DNA of 64,000 nt, from the NCBI GenBank assembly GCA_016234805.1, contig JACRNU010000019.1:562-64561 (forward strand), given 5' to 3'. Position numbers and translations under genes: made by a program. The DNA is from Elusimicrobiota bacterium (GTDB lineage: Bacteria > Elusimicrobiota > Elusimicrobia > UBA1565 > UBA9628). The notes beneath the pieces were generated by a model that had not been told where the DNA came from, ran no database searches, and saw only the letters and a program-made list of their open reading frames with translations. The number at the start of each line of letters is the position of its first letter. The stretch's first letter is position 1. This document shows positions 48,720-57,653 of this stretch, one piece after another.

Positions 48720-49088
48720 TCAGACTGAGGCGGGAGGAGAACGGCCGAGAGACTCGCGTGGCGGCGGACCTTGAGGCGGACCCGCGATGGAGACTTGAGG
48801 GCTCTGTACTGCAACGGCATGGGCCGCGACCTCAGGCTGAGCGGAAAGCAGGCAGGCCGGATGCGGCAGCCTGGGCGCGCAAGCCAGGGCCTGGCTGGAA
48901 GAGACTCCAGCAGCGGTAAGATGCACTCCCTTGCAGCAGTGCCCCCGGTCTCCGGTCTGACCGTGACAGGGCGCCTTGGACCGGGCCTTGACCAGGCCGT
49001 CGCAGTCAGCCTGGCGCATGAGGCAAAGATGGGTCCCGGTCCAGAACAGGGCTGCCGCCAGCAAAAGGCGGATGCAGCGGGGTACCAT
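48720..49088 (-). CDS. DUF2946/CruR-like leader protein ending in RSPP
   Basis: Signal-like N-terminus, PCH...HCC and C-terminal GPPQGPPPRESLGRSPPASV; first gene of the metal operon. Confidence 0.65.
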   Translation of the reverse strand: MVPRCIRLLLAAALFWTGTHLCLMRQADCDGLVKARSKAPCHGQTGDRGHCCKGVHLTAAGVSSSQALACAPRLPHPACLLSAQPEVAAHAVAVQSPQVSIAGPPQGPPPRESLGRSPPASV

Positions 49089-49094
49089 AGGCAT

Positions 49095-49123
49095 AGTATG
49101 CGTCACCCCCGTGTTTTTGTCAA
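49095..49123 (-). promoter_or_regulatory. Sigma70 promoter, probably leaderless
   Basis: TTGACA-17-CATACT-6-ATG. Confidence 0.75.
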
Positions 49124-49151
49124 TGCCCGCTGTCATGCAGGCTGAACAGCC

Positions 49152-50318
49152 TCAACCTGCGGCTGAAAAGGCAGCGTCGAGGTCCGCGACCAGGTCCGCG
49201 GCATCCTCGATACCGACCGAGAGCCGGACCGTGCCCTCCGTGATGCCGAGGCGCTCGCGCACCGAAGCCGGGAAGGAGGAGTGGGTCATGGTGGCCGGGT
49301 GGCAGACCAAGGACTCGACCCCGCCGAGGCTCTCCGCGAAGGAGAACACCTTGAGGGCCTTGAAAAAAGCGTCCGCCGCGGGCCTTGCGCCTTTGACGCG
49401 GAAGGTCACCATGCCTCCGAAGCCGGTCATCTGTCTGCGGGCCAGGTCGTGCTGTGGGTGGCTGGAGAGGCCCGGGTAGATGACGGACTCCACGGCCGGG
49501 TGCTTGCTGAGATGCTCGGCCACGGCCAGGGCGTTCTCCGCGTGCCGCTTCATCCTGATGGCCAGGGTCTTCAACCCGCGCAGGGTCAGCCAGGCATCGA
49601 ACGGCCCAGGCACCCCGCCCGCCGCGTTCTGGTGGAACTTCACCGCGTCGTAGACCTCCCGGACGCTCGTGAGCATGGCTCCGCCCACCACGTCCGAGTG
49701 GCCGCCCACGTACTTGGTCGTGCTGTGGACCACGATGTCCGCCCCGAGGGCCAGGGGCTTCTGGAAGTATGGAGAGGCGAAGGTGTTGTCCACCGCGACC
49801 TTGACGCCCTTGGCGCGGCAGGACCCGGAGATGGCCGAGATGTCCGCCAGGGAGAGCAGGGGGTTGGTCGGGGTCTCGATCCACGCCAGGCGGGTCTTGG
49901 GACCGAGCGCCCTGGCGAAGTTCCCAGGGTCCCTGCCGTCCGCGTAGGTGAAGTCCAGGCCCTGGGGCTTGCAGACCTTCTCAAAAAGCCTGTACGTCCC
50001 TCCGTAGATGTCCGCGGACGCGACCACGTGGTCCCCGGGCCTGAGGGTGGAGAGCACGGCCGAGATCGCGGCCATGCCCGAGGAGAAGGCCAGGCCGAAG
50101 GAGGCTCCTTCGAGGGAGGCCAGGCACTTCTCCAGCGCGGAGCGGGTCGGGTTGGAGCTCCGGGCATACTGGAAGCCCTTGTGCCCGCCGATGCCATGCT
50201 GGGTGAACGTGGATGTCTGATAGATGGGAACGATCGTGGCTCCGGTGGCAAGGTCAGGCTCCTGCCCGGCGTGGATGGCCAGAGTCTCGAATCCCGGAGC
50301 CCGCTTTTTCATGGTCAT
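49152..50318 (-). CDS. Cystathionine gamma-lyase/synthase (PLP-dependent)
   Basis: PIYQTSTF, YARSSNPT, ETPTNP, HSTTKYVGGHSD and AESLGGVESL. Confidence 0.93.
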   Translation of the reverse strand: MTMKKRAPGFETLAIHAGQEPDLATGATIVPIYQTSTFTQHGIGGHKGFQYARSSNPTRSALEKCLASLEGASFGLAFSSGMAAISAVLSTLRPGDHVVASADIYGGTYRLFEKVCKPQGLDFTYADGRDPGNFARALGPKTRLAWIETPTNPLLSLADISAISGSCRAKGVKVAVDNTFASPYFQKPLALGADIVVHSTTKYVGGHSDVVGGAMLTSVREVYDAVKFHQNAAGGVPGPFDAWLTLRGLKTLAIRMKRHAENALAVAEHLSKHPAVESVIYPGLSSHPQHDLARRQMTGFGGMVTFRVKGARPAADAFFKALKVFSFAESLGGVESLVCHPATMTHSSFPASVRERLGITEGTVRLSVGIEDAADLVADLDAAFSAAG

Positions 50319-51673
50319 GGTTTCCTCCTCTTGCTCCAGAAGTGGACCAGGTCGATGCGCGTGATGAGCCCGGCTGGCTTGCCGGCCCGGCCCACGAGCA
50401 CCCCGCCGTGGCCCGCGAGAAGCAGACGGTAGGGCTCGCTGATGTCTACCGCGGACTCAACCATGGGCAGAGGCGGGCCCATCACCTCCGAGACCTTGAC
50501 CCTTGACAAGTCCGTGCCGTCGTGCAGGCGCTTGGCCAGGGTCACCTCGGTCAGGCAGCCCACGGACCGGCCGCCTTCCACCACCGGGATCTGCGAGACA
50601 CCGCGCTTCTCCATGAGGGAAACAGCCTTGCCGGCGCTGTCCCTCGGAGAGAGTGTGATGAGGGCAGCTCCCGCTGGCTTGGCAGAGAGCACATCCGCTG
50701 CAGTCGCCTTGCTGGAAGGCGGAGCGAGGTAGCCGTACTCCCTCATCCAGGGATCCGAGAAGATCTTGCCCAGGTAGTTCCTCCCGGTGTCCGGCAGAAG
50801 CACCACCACGGTCTTGCCCGGCTTGAGCCTGCGGCTGAAGCGGACCGCCGCTGCCACAGCCATGCCGGAGGACCCCCCGGCGAGGATGCCCTCCTCCCTG
50901 GCCAGGCGCCGCGCCATCCGGAAGGACTCCGCGTCCGAAACCCGCACCATCTCGTCCACAGCCTGGCGGTTGAAAGTCTTGGGGATGAAGTCCTCGCCCA
51001 CGCCCTCGACCCGGTAAGACTTGGGCGAGTCGCCCGAGAGGATGGAACCTTCCGGGTCCGCGCCCACGATCACCACCGAAGGTTTCTTTTCCTTAAGATA
51101 CTTCCCGGTCCCGGAGATGGTCCCGCCCGTGCCCATGCCGGCCACGAAAACATCGACCTTGCCGTCCGTGTCCTCCCAGATCTCTGGCCCGGTGGTCCGG
51201 TAGTGCGCCGAAGGGTTGCACGGGTTGGCGAACTGGTCGGGCCGCCAAGCGCCGATGATGTCCCGGCTCAGGCGGTCCGCGACCCCGTTGTAGCTCTCAG
51301 GGGAATCCGGCGCCACCGAAGTGGGGGTGATGACGACCTCGGCTCCGTAAGCCTTGAGCAGGTTGACCTTGTCCTCGCTCATCTTGTCCGGCATGACGAA
51401 GATGCACCTGTAGCCCTTGACCGCCGCGGCCAAAGCCAGGCCCACGCCCGTGTTGCCTGCCGTGGCCTCGATGATGGTGCCGCCCTTCTTGAGCAGGCCC
51501 TTCTTCTCAGCGTCCAGGATCATGGCCAGGCCGATGCGGTCCTTGACGCTCCCTCCCGGGTTCATGGGCTCGACCTTGGCCAGCAGGGTCACGGGAAGCC
51601 CGTCCGTCACGCGGTTGAGGCGCACCAGCGGGGTGCGGCCGATAGCGGAGAGGATGGTGTCGTGGATTCGCAT
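50315..51673 (-). CDS. Cystathionine beta-synthase with C-terminal CBS pair
   Basis: NPGGSVKDR, GMGTGGT, YRVEGVGEDF and PDTGRNYL, plus CBS domains. Confidence 0.92.
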   Translation of the reverse strand: MRIHDTILSAIGRTPLVRLNRVTDGLPVTLLAKVEPMNPGGSVKDRIGLAMILDAEKKGLLKKGGTIIEATAGNTGVGLALAAAVKGYRCIFVMPDKMSEDKVNLLKAYGAEVVITPTSVAPDSPESYNGVADRLSRDIIGAWRPDQFANPCNPSAHYRTTGPEIWEDTDGKVDVFVAGMGTGGTISGTGKYLKEKKPSVVIVGADPEGSILSGDSPKSYRVEGVGEDFIPKTFNRQAVDEMVRVSDAESFRMARRLAREEGILAGGSSGMAVAAAVRFSRRLKPGKTVVVLLPDTGRNYLGKIFSDPWMREYGYLAPPSSKATAADVLSAKPAGAALITLSPRDSAGKAVSLMEKRGVSQIPVVEGGRSVGCLTEVTLAKRLHDGTDLSRVKVSEVMGPPLPMVESAVDISEPYRLLLAGHGGVLVGRAGKPAGLITRIDLVHFWSKRRKP

Positions 51674-51754
51674 GGTCCAGAGAGTAGCTATTTTTCAGTC
51701 CCTCTCCAAGCGCCTTGCATTGGCATGGACTCAACGGGTATATTGGCTCAGAAC

Positions 51755-52939
51755 ATGGTCCCTGTCTCCAAGGAGTCCGTGCGCGAGGCTGCCGCGGAAT
51801 GCGGCATCGACATCGTGGGCTTCGCCCCCGCTTCACCGCTTGATCGGCAGACCCGCGACCTGGCCGCGTTCTGCGACCCTGCCAGCGTCCTTGCCTCGGC
51901 CGCGTCCGTGGTCTGCGCAGCCCAGTGCTACCTCAAGGACGAACCCGATGACCTTTCCAGGCCCGGGGAACCGCACGGGCTGATCGCCCCCTACACCAGA
52001 AGGAACCACTACAAGGACCTCAGGGAACGGCTCAAGAAGCTCGCGGTGCTCCTGGCAGACAAGGCAGAGGCCAAACCCAAATCGAAGTGCTCCTCCTGCG
52101 GTCCCCTGGCTGAAAAGCCCCTGGCCCGGGGCAGCGGGGTCGGCTGGTACGGCAAGCACGGCATCATCATCACTGAAGGGTTCGGGTCCTGGGTCGTGCT
52201 CGGCGAGATGGTGACGGAACTCGAGTTCGAGCCTGACCCTGAGATCCCGGGAGGGTGCGGGGATTGCGATGCATGCGTACGGGCCTGCCCCACAGGAGCC
52301 ATCACGAGCCCGGGCTGCCTCGACCGATCCAAATGCTTCCAGCACCTCACGAACTCCGCCTCTCCCATGCCCAGGGATTGGAGGAAGCTATGGGGAAGAA
52401 GGCTCTACGGGTGCGCGACCTGCCAGGAGGTCTGTCCGAAGAACGCCGGGGTCAAGCCCTCAGGAAGGACCGTGGAGACCGGTGTTGTGGGGCCGAGCAT
52501 CCCTCTCCTTCCCCTTCTGACCATGACGGAAGCGGAGTACCGGACCCGCTACAGCGGCAACCAGATCGCGGCGCGCTGGGTACGCTTCGACGCCATCCGC
52601 CGCAATGCCTGCCTGTCTTTGGGCAACTCCCAAGACCCCGCGGCCATCCCTGCCCTGACAGATGCCCTGCGCTGCGATCCTTCGGCCCTGATCCGGGGAC
52701 ACGCGGCTTGGGCGCTCGGCAAGATCGGCGGAGCCCGGTCGAAGTCCGCTTTGGAGAAACAGCGTCCCGCGGAAATCGACGCTCAAGCCGCAGGAGAGAT
52801 ATCCTCGGCACTAGAGGCGCCAGATGGAACATCCTCAAGCGAACCAGCGCTTAAAGCCCAGGAACCGTCGGTCCACCGTGAGGTAAAGGAGGGAAGCCAA
52901 GCCGACGGTCACGACCACGACTGCCAAGGTGTTCGCTGA
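51755..52939 (+). CDS. queG: tRNA epoxyqueuosine reductase
   Basis: GWYGKH, GSWVVLGE, CGDCDACVRACPTGA, YGCATCQEVCP and a HEAT-repeat tail. Confidence 0.88.
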   Translation: MVPVSKESVREAAAECGIDIVGFAPASPLDRQTRDLAAFCDPASVLASAASVVCAAQCYLKDEPDDLSRPGEPHGLIAPYTRRNHYKDLRERLKKLAVLLADKAEAKPKSKCSSCGPLAEKPLARGSGVGWYGKHGIIITEGFGSWVVLGEMVTELEFEPDPEIPGGCGDCDACVRACPTGAITSPGCLDRSKCFQHLTNSASPMPRDWRKLWGRRLYGCATCQEVCPKNAGVKPSGRTVETGVVGPSIPLLPLLTMTEAEYRTRYSGNQIAARWVRFDAIRRNACLSLGNSQDPAAIPALTDALRCDPSALIRGHAAWALGKIGGARSKSALEKQRPAEIDAQAAGEISSALEAPDGTSSSEPALKAQEPSVHREVKEGSQADGHDHDCQGVR

Positions 52940-53980
52940 TAGCAGAATCCACCCCTCCCATCGGGAGTCCACGTTCGGATGCAGCCTCCAGCCGAGGTCC
53001 GTCACCGCGTCCACCACGAAGGCATGGATCAGATACATCCCATAGGAGATCCTGCCGATCCAAGCCGAAACGCGGCTGTCCAGCGCACGGGTCAGGGCTG
53101 AACCAGGGCGCGATGCGACCTCGACCACCAGGCTGGCGGCGAAGAGGGAGATGACGGTGAACCCGAACGCCATCCCGACCAGGGTGGGCTTCTCGATGAC
53201 CCCCACGGCCTTGGTCTGGAACATCCAGGCGCAAAGCCCCCCGCACAGGAGCAGGACGGCCCGGCGGCTGGCGACCCACCGCCCGAGCTCCGGCATGGCA
53301 AGGGCGGCCAGCACGCCCCACATGATCGAATCGATCCGATAGTGGCTCGCGTATTGAAGGGCCAGCCAACCCGCGCCGAAATGCCTGGCGCCGACCCACC
53401 GCACGAAAGGCATGCCCAGGCACACCGCGCCGGCGAAGGCCAGGCGGGTCGCGCGGCTCGGCGCGGCCTTGAGGACCAGCGACCAGAGCATGTAGAAATG
53501 CTCCTCCACCGCCAGAGACCAGCTGACCACGAACCCCGATGGCATCCCGCCATCGCAGCCGTAGACGAGGCAATAGTTGGCCAGGAACAGGACGTATCCG
53601 AGGAAACAGACGGGAGCCTTCCCGATGAACTCCGGCAGCCCGTAGGCGGTCTCGATGCTCTTGAAGAGACCGAAGGTGACCGCGACCAGTCCGAAGTAGA
53701 TCAGGAACGGCGGCAGGATGCGGAGTCCCCTGCGCGCGTAGAAGTTCTTCAGCGAGAAAGCGCCGCGGTCCGCCTCCTCCCTCAAGATCACGGTCGTGAT
53801 GAGGAACCCGCTCAGAGCGAAGAACAGGTCCACCCCGACCCAGCCGTTGTAAAGCAGGAAGCCCCACTGCCTCGCGATGGACGGAGGGAACCGCATGTGG
53901 ACCACGGTATGGAATAAGATCACCAAAAGGATGGCCGCGGCTCGCAGGCCGTCGAGTCCGGGGATCGCCGCCGTTCTCAC
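52835..53980 (-). CDS. Acyltransferase-3 (OafA-like) membrane O-acyltransferase
   Basis: LDGLRA, GVDLFFALSGFLIT, WSLAVEEHFY and GRISYGMYL. Confidence 0.92.
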   Translation of the reverse strand: MRTAAIPGLDGLRAAAILLVILFHTVVHMRFPPSIARQWGFLLYNGWVGVDLFFALSGFLITTVILREEADRGAFSLKNFYARRGLRILPPFLIYFGLVAVTFGLFKSIETAYGLPEFIGKAPVCFLGYVLFLANYCLVYGCDGGMPSGFVVSWSLAVEEHFYMLWSLVLKAAPSRATRLAFAGAVCLGMPFVRWVGARHFGAGWLALQYASHYRIDSIMWGVLAALAMPELGRWVASRRAVLLLCGGLCAWMFQTKAVGVIEKPTLVGMAFGFTVISLFAASLVVEVASRPGSALTRALDSRVSAWIGRISYGMYLIHAFVVDAVTDLGWRLHPNVDSRWEGWILLSANTLAVVVVTVGLASLLYLTVDRRFLGFKRWFA

Positions 53981-55494
53981 TGGAGGAGAAGCTCTCCCTT
54001 GGGGACTCTGACCACCACCGTGCCCGCGAGCTTGTCGTGCCAGGTCCGGCCCTCCGGATCCCAGCCCGCCCACAGGAAGCCGAGGAACAAGGCCATGGCC
54101 GAGAGGTAGCTCGCCAGGTGACGCACCAGGGCCACGCCGAAGTCCATGGGACGGCCGTCGAGACGCAGCCCCTTGAGGTCGAACACGATGCCGCCGATGG
54201 TGGTGGATTTCCAGGTCCAGAACCCGACCTGATAGGCCAGCCACAACGGCAGGCTGAAAGCGGGCAGGGGCGTGACCGCGCCCACGAATCCCACCACGAA
54301 CACGTCGATGCAGACCGCGCCGCAGCGCGGCCAGAACCCGGCGCGCGGCAGGCCCCCTCCGGCGATCGGAGGACTGCCCGCGCCTCCGAGGACCTGACGC
54401 CCCTGCGGCAGGCTTCCCACGGAACTCGCAGGCGAAGCGGCCTCGGTGGGCAGGCTCGCGGCAGACAGAGCCGCGGCAGGCGCGGATGAGCCCGCGCCGG
54501 TCTCCTTGCGCAGGGCGTCGAAGGCCGCGAGCAGGACCGCTCCTGTCCCGAAAGCCCCGGTCAGGACCCAGGCCGCGAGCCCGAGCACCGGGATGAGATA
54601 GACCGCGAAGATGAGGCCGGTCCCCACAGCCACCGCTGCCGGAAGGTTCTCAGCCCAGGGCAGGCCGAGGCGGCGGCCCGCGCCTTGGCCGGTCCAGCCC
54701 GCGGCCACGACCTTGCCGAACACCACGGCGCACAGCAGCAGGAGGATGACGAAGGGGATGGCGAGGATGCCGACCACGGTGAAGGTCAGGAACACGCTCA
54801 ATGGGCCTGCCAAGAGGCCTGCCAGCACGCCTGTGAGGAGCGCGCTCAAAGGCCGCTCCTCCAGGACCGCGGCGCAGCGCGTCACTCCTGACGGAAAGAC
54901 CAGGGCCAGCAGGACATTGAAAGCCAGCAGGATCGCGGCCGCGGCCCAAGCCCACCACACCTGATGCGGGAAGGGCCTCATCCACAGCAGTCCTTCAGTG
55001 ATCCAGCGGCGCAGGGCCTCGGCCGCCGCGGAATCCCCGAGGAGAGGCACGGAGCGCAAGAGGCCGATGCCGACCTCGGTGCGCTCTCCCTTGACGCGCG
55101 CTCCTGGGGCGATGGAAAGGCTTCCTCCCACCGCGACCGCGTCCCCCCCGACCACGGCCCTGGAGCTCAGGACCAGGCTTCCGATGGCCACGGCATCTCC
55201 CTCGACCGAGCCGTCCACCAGGGACCGGCCTGCCACCACCACCACATCCCCTTCCACCGAACCGTGGATCTGAGCGGACCCGCCGATGACCACCACATCC
55301 TTGGCGCGGTCGCCTTCAGCCAGGACCACGCTCCTAGCCACGGACACGATGTCCCTTGCCGAGTCCCTGTCCCCCCCCGTGGACAGAGAGATGGATATCT
55401 TGCCGCCGCTCTTCCCCTCACTGGAAGCCTGGGACGCGCCTGGCAGGCAGAGCAGGACAGCGAGACCGGCGAGCTCGAAGAAACGAAGCTTCAT
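53977..55494 (-). CDS. Membrane protein with bactofilin-like beta-helix repeats and a C-terminal RDD domain
   Basis: VEGDVVVVAG-type repeats, TM bundle, AGFWPR...WHDKLAGTVVV. Confidence 0.8.
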   Translation of the reverse strand: MKLRFFELAGLAVLLCLPGASQASSEGKSGGKISISLSTGGDRDSARDIVSVARSVVLAEGDRAKDVVVIGGSAQIHGSVEGDVVVVAGRSLVDGSVEGDAVAIGSLVLSSRAVVGGDAVAVGGSLSIAPGARVKGERTEVGIGLLRSVPLLGDSAAAEALRRWITEGLLWMRPFPHQVWWAWAAAAILLAFNVLLALVFPSGVTRCAAVLEERPLSALLTGVLAGLLAGPLSVFLTFTVVGILAIPFVILLLLCAVVFGKVVAAGWTGQGAGRRLGLPWAENLPAAVAVGTGLIFAVYLIPVLGLAAWVLTGAFGTGAVLLAAFDALRKETGAGSSAPAAALSAASLPTEAASPASSVGSLPQGRQVLGGAGSPPIAGGGLPRAGFWPRCGAVCIDVFVVGFVGAVTPLPAFSLPLWLAYQVGFWTWKSTTIGGIVFDLKGLRLDGRPMDFGVALVRHLASYLSAMALFLGFLWAGWDPEGRTWHDKLAGTVVVRVPKGELLLQ

Positions 55495-55949
55495 GACATC
55501 CTCCTTGGACCAGGGACAGCGAATTGAAGGCCTCCGCAGGACCAGAGCCTGCTGATAGCAGCGCCGGCCGCCACAGTCGCGACATAAGAAAGGAACGCCG
55601 CCCCCAGCAGAGGCAGCTTGAAGGACTTGAGCACCAGGGCCAGGGCATGGGCGACCACGGCCAAGGTCCGGCCAAGGCCGGGAAAGAACGCGCCCTCTCC
55701 CATGAAGGATGCCGCTCCTGAGTGAAGAGACGGAACCAGCCAGCCCAGGGCCAGGACGCACGGCAGGGCCAGAAGCCCGGCGTAGGCCAGTTGCAAAGGC
55801 GCAGGCCAGGTCCACCAGGCGCGCTTCCACCAGGGCAGGCCTTTCGCAGCTGCCAAGACCCTGGGAAGGAGCGTTGCCGGGGCTTTCAAGGCTGGAAGAG
55901 CCTTGAGCCGCTTGGCGAGAAGATCGTCCGGATCAGGCCGGATGCTCAT
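55491..55949 (-). CDS. Putative anti-sigma factor
   Basis: LPALKAPATLLPRVLA followed by TM helices; coupled to the ECF sigma gene. Confidence 0.7.
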   Translation of the reverse strand: MSIRPDPDDLLAKRLKALPALKAPATLLPRVLAAAKGLPWWKRAWWTWPAPLQLAYAGLLALPCVLALGWLVPSLHSGAASFMGEGAFFPGLGRTLAVVAHALALVLKSFKLPLLGAAFLSYVATVAAGAAISRLWSCGGLQFAVPGPRRMS

Positions 55950-56476
55950 GCCTTCTCCCCAAGGAGAGCCTTGAGCGCCCCCCTGCCCCTGAAGATGTCC
56001 GTCTTGACCTTTCCCAGGGAGATGTCGAGCTTGGCCGCGATGTCCTCGTAGCTCATGTCCTCGAAATGGAACAGCACCAGGGGCGCTCGCTGGTGGTCGG
56101 GGAGCTTCAGAAGGGCTTCCTGCAGATCCCCTGCTTCGGCCCCGGATGGGATTTCCATGACCGCTGAGTCCGGCTCAGCGAGTCGTTCCTCAATGCCGGC
56201 TGAATCCTCCTCCGAAAGCTGGCTGAAGAGCTTCCAGCGGCTCCGATGCCTGTTAAGGTGGTTCAAGGAAAGATTCGCGGCCACGGTCCTCAGCCAGGCC
56301 CCGGCGCCAAGGCTTCCCTGCAGGGACTCGAAGCGCTCAAAAGCCTTCAGGAAAGTCTCCTGGCTGACGTCCTCGGCATCCGGTCCCCTGCCGAGGAGCC
56401 TGGCCGCCGTGGTGTAGACCATGTCCTGGTATCTCCTGACGAATCCCTCGAATTCAGCGGGGTCGCAAGCCATCAC
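55946..56476 (-). CDS. ECF RNA polymerase sigma factor
   Basis: DAEDVSQETFLKAF, WLRTVAAN and MSYEDIA...GKVKTDIFRGR. Confidence 0.93.
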   Translation of the reverse strand: MMACDPAEFEGFVRRYQDMVYTTAARLLGRGPDAEDVSQETFLKAFERFESLQGSLGAGAWLRTVAANLSLNHLNRHRSRWKLFSQLSEEDSAGIEERLAEPDSAVMEIPSGAEAGDLQEALLKLPDHQRAPLVLFHFEDMSYEDIAAKLDISLGKVKTDIFRGRGALKALLGEKA

Positions 56477-56486
56477 CGCTCCACCA

Positions 56487-56516
56487 TAACAACACGCGGA
56501 CAGGGAAAAAGTTTCA
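56487..56516 (-). promoter_or_regulatory. Putative autoregulated ECF promoter
   Basis: TGAAAC-N16-TGTTGTTA upstream of the sigma gene; SigW-like -35. Confidence 0.5.
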
Positions 56517-56558
56517 CCAGAACGCGCGCCGCCACATGGCTAGGCTATAATATCCGCC

Positions 56559-57620
56559 ATGAGCGCCGCGACCCTGGGACGCAGGCCCGAACTCCTGGCC
56601 CTGCTCTCAGCGGTCTTCTTCGGAGCGAGCATCCCGCTTTCCAAGATCCTGCTCGGCCAGACCCATGCCCTGGCCCTTTCCGGCCTCCTCTATATGGGCA
56701 GCGGCATGGCCCTGTCAGGACTGCTCCTGACAGGCCGCTTCATGGGCCGCGGAATGACCGAGGCGCCCCTGTCCCGCGACGACGCGCCCTGGCTGGCCGG
56801 AGCCATCCTCTGCGGCGGCGTGCTCGCCCCGCTATGCTTCCTCACCGGACTCGACCGGACCCCGGGTTCGACAGCGTCTTTGATGCTCAACCTGGAGACC
56901 CCTTTCACGGTCCTGCTGGCAGCGCTCTTGTTCCACGAAGCGATCGGCGGATTCGCCTGGGGGGCGCTGGCCTGCGCCCTGGCTGGAAGCCTGCTCCTCT
57001 CCTATGATGCCGGACCAAGCGGAGGAGGGTTGAGGGGCCCGGTCCTGCTCGCCGCTTCCTGCGGCCTCTGGGCCATGGACAACAACCTCACAAGGAACAT
57101 CAGCCACAAGGACCCGGTGTCCGCGTCCGCCATCAAGGGCCTGGCAGCCGGAACCGCGCTCCTGGGCCTCACCGCGGCCTTTGGAGTGCCCCTGCCTGAT
57201 GCCAGGCGGATCCTCGCGGCCCTGGCCGTCGGAGCGGTCTGCTACGGCGCGAGCCTTGTCCTTTTCGTCCGCTCCCTGAGAGCCCTCGGCACGGGCCGCA
57301 CCGGCATCATCTTCGCCACCGGCCCCTTCATCGGGTCCCTGGTCTCCATCGTGGTCCTGGGAGAGCCCGTGAAAGCCTCCCTGCTGGCCGGGGGTGTCCT
57401 CATGGCTGCCGGGACCTGGCTCCTCCTTCGCGAGGATCACGGCCATGACCACAGGCACGAGCGGCACGAGCACGACCATGGCCACACCCACGACGACCAC
57501 CACGGCCACGAACACGCCGAAGACGGCGTGGAAGGCGAGCACAGCCACCCCCACCTGCATCCCGAACTCGAACACAGCCATCCCCACCGGCCGGACATCC
57601 ACCACCGGCATCCGCACTAG
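56559..57620 (+). CDS. EamA/DMT transporter with a His-rich C-terminal tail
   Basis: Two EamA repeats, WAMDNNLTR, tail HGHDHRHERHEHDH...HRPDIHHRHPH. Confidence 0.9.
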   Translation: MSAATLGRRPELLALLSAVFFGASIPLSKILLGQTHALALSGLLYMGSGMALSGLLLTGRFMGRGMTEAPLSRDDAPWLAGAILCGGVLAPLCFLTGLDRTPGSTASLMLNLETPFTVLLAALLFHEAIGGFAWGALACALAGSLLLSYDAGPSGGGLRGPVLLAASCGLWAMDNNLTRNISHKDPVSASAIKGLAAGTALLGLTAAFGVPLPDARRILAALAVGAVCYGASLVLFVRSLRALGTGRTGIIFATGPFIGSLVSIVVLGEPVKASLLAGGVLMAAGTWLLLREDHGHDHRHERHEHDHGHTHDDHHGHEHAEDGVEGEHSHPHLHPELEHSHPHRPDIHHRHPH

Positions 57621-57643
57621 GCCGGCGCAAGCGCCGGCCTAGT
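57616..57643. terminator. Hairpin between convergent genes
   Basis: ACTAGGCCGGCGC-AA-GCGCCGGCCTAGT, perfect 13-bp inverted repeat. Confidence 0.75.
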
Positions 57644-57653
57644 CCCGGCGCTC

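Noticed and set aside
50522..51754. 805-aa ORF suggesting a long N-terminal extension on QueG
   Set aside because: The extension is antisense to CBS; QueG homology starts at ATG 51755
52835..52939. 105-bp tail-to-tail overlap of queG and the acyltransferase as a functional feature
   Set aside because: The QueG tail is non-conserved-looking sequence; most simply a drifted stop codon
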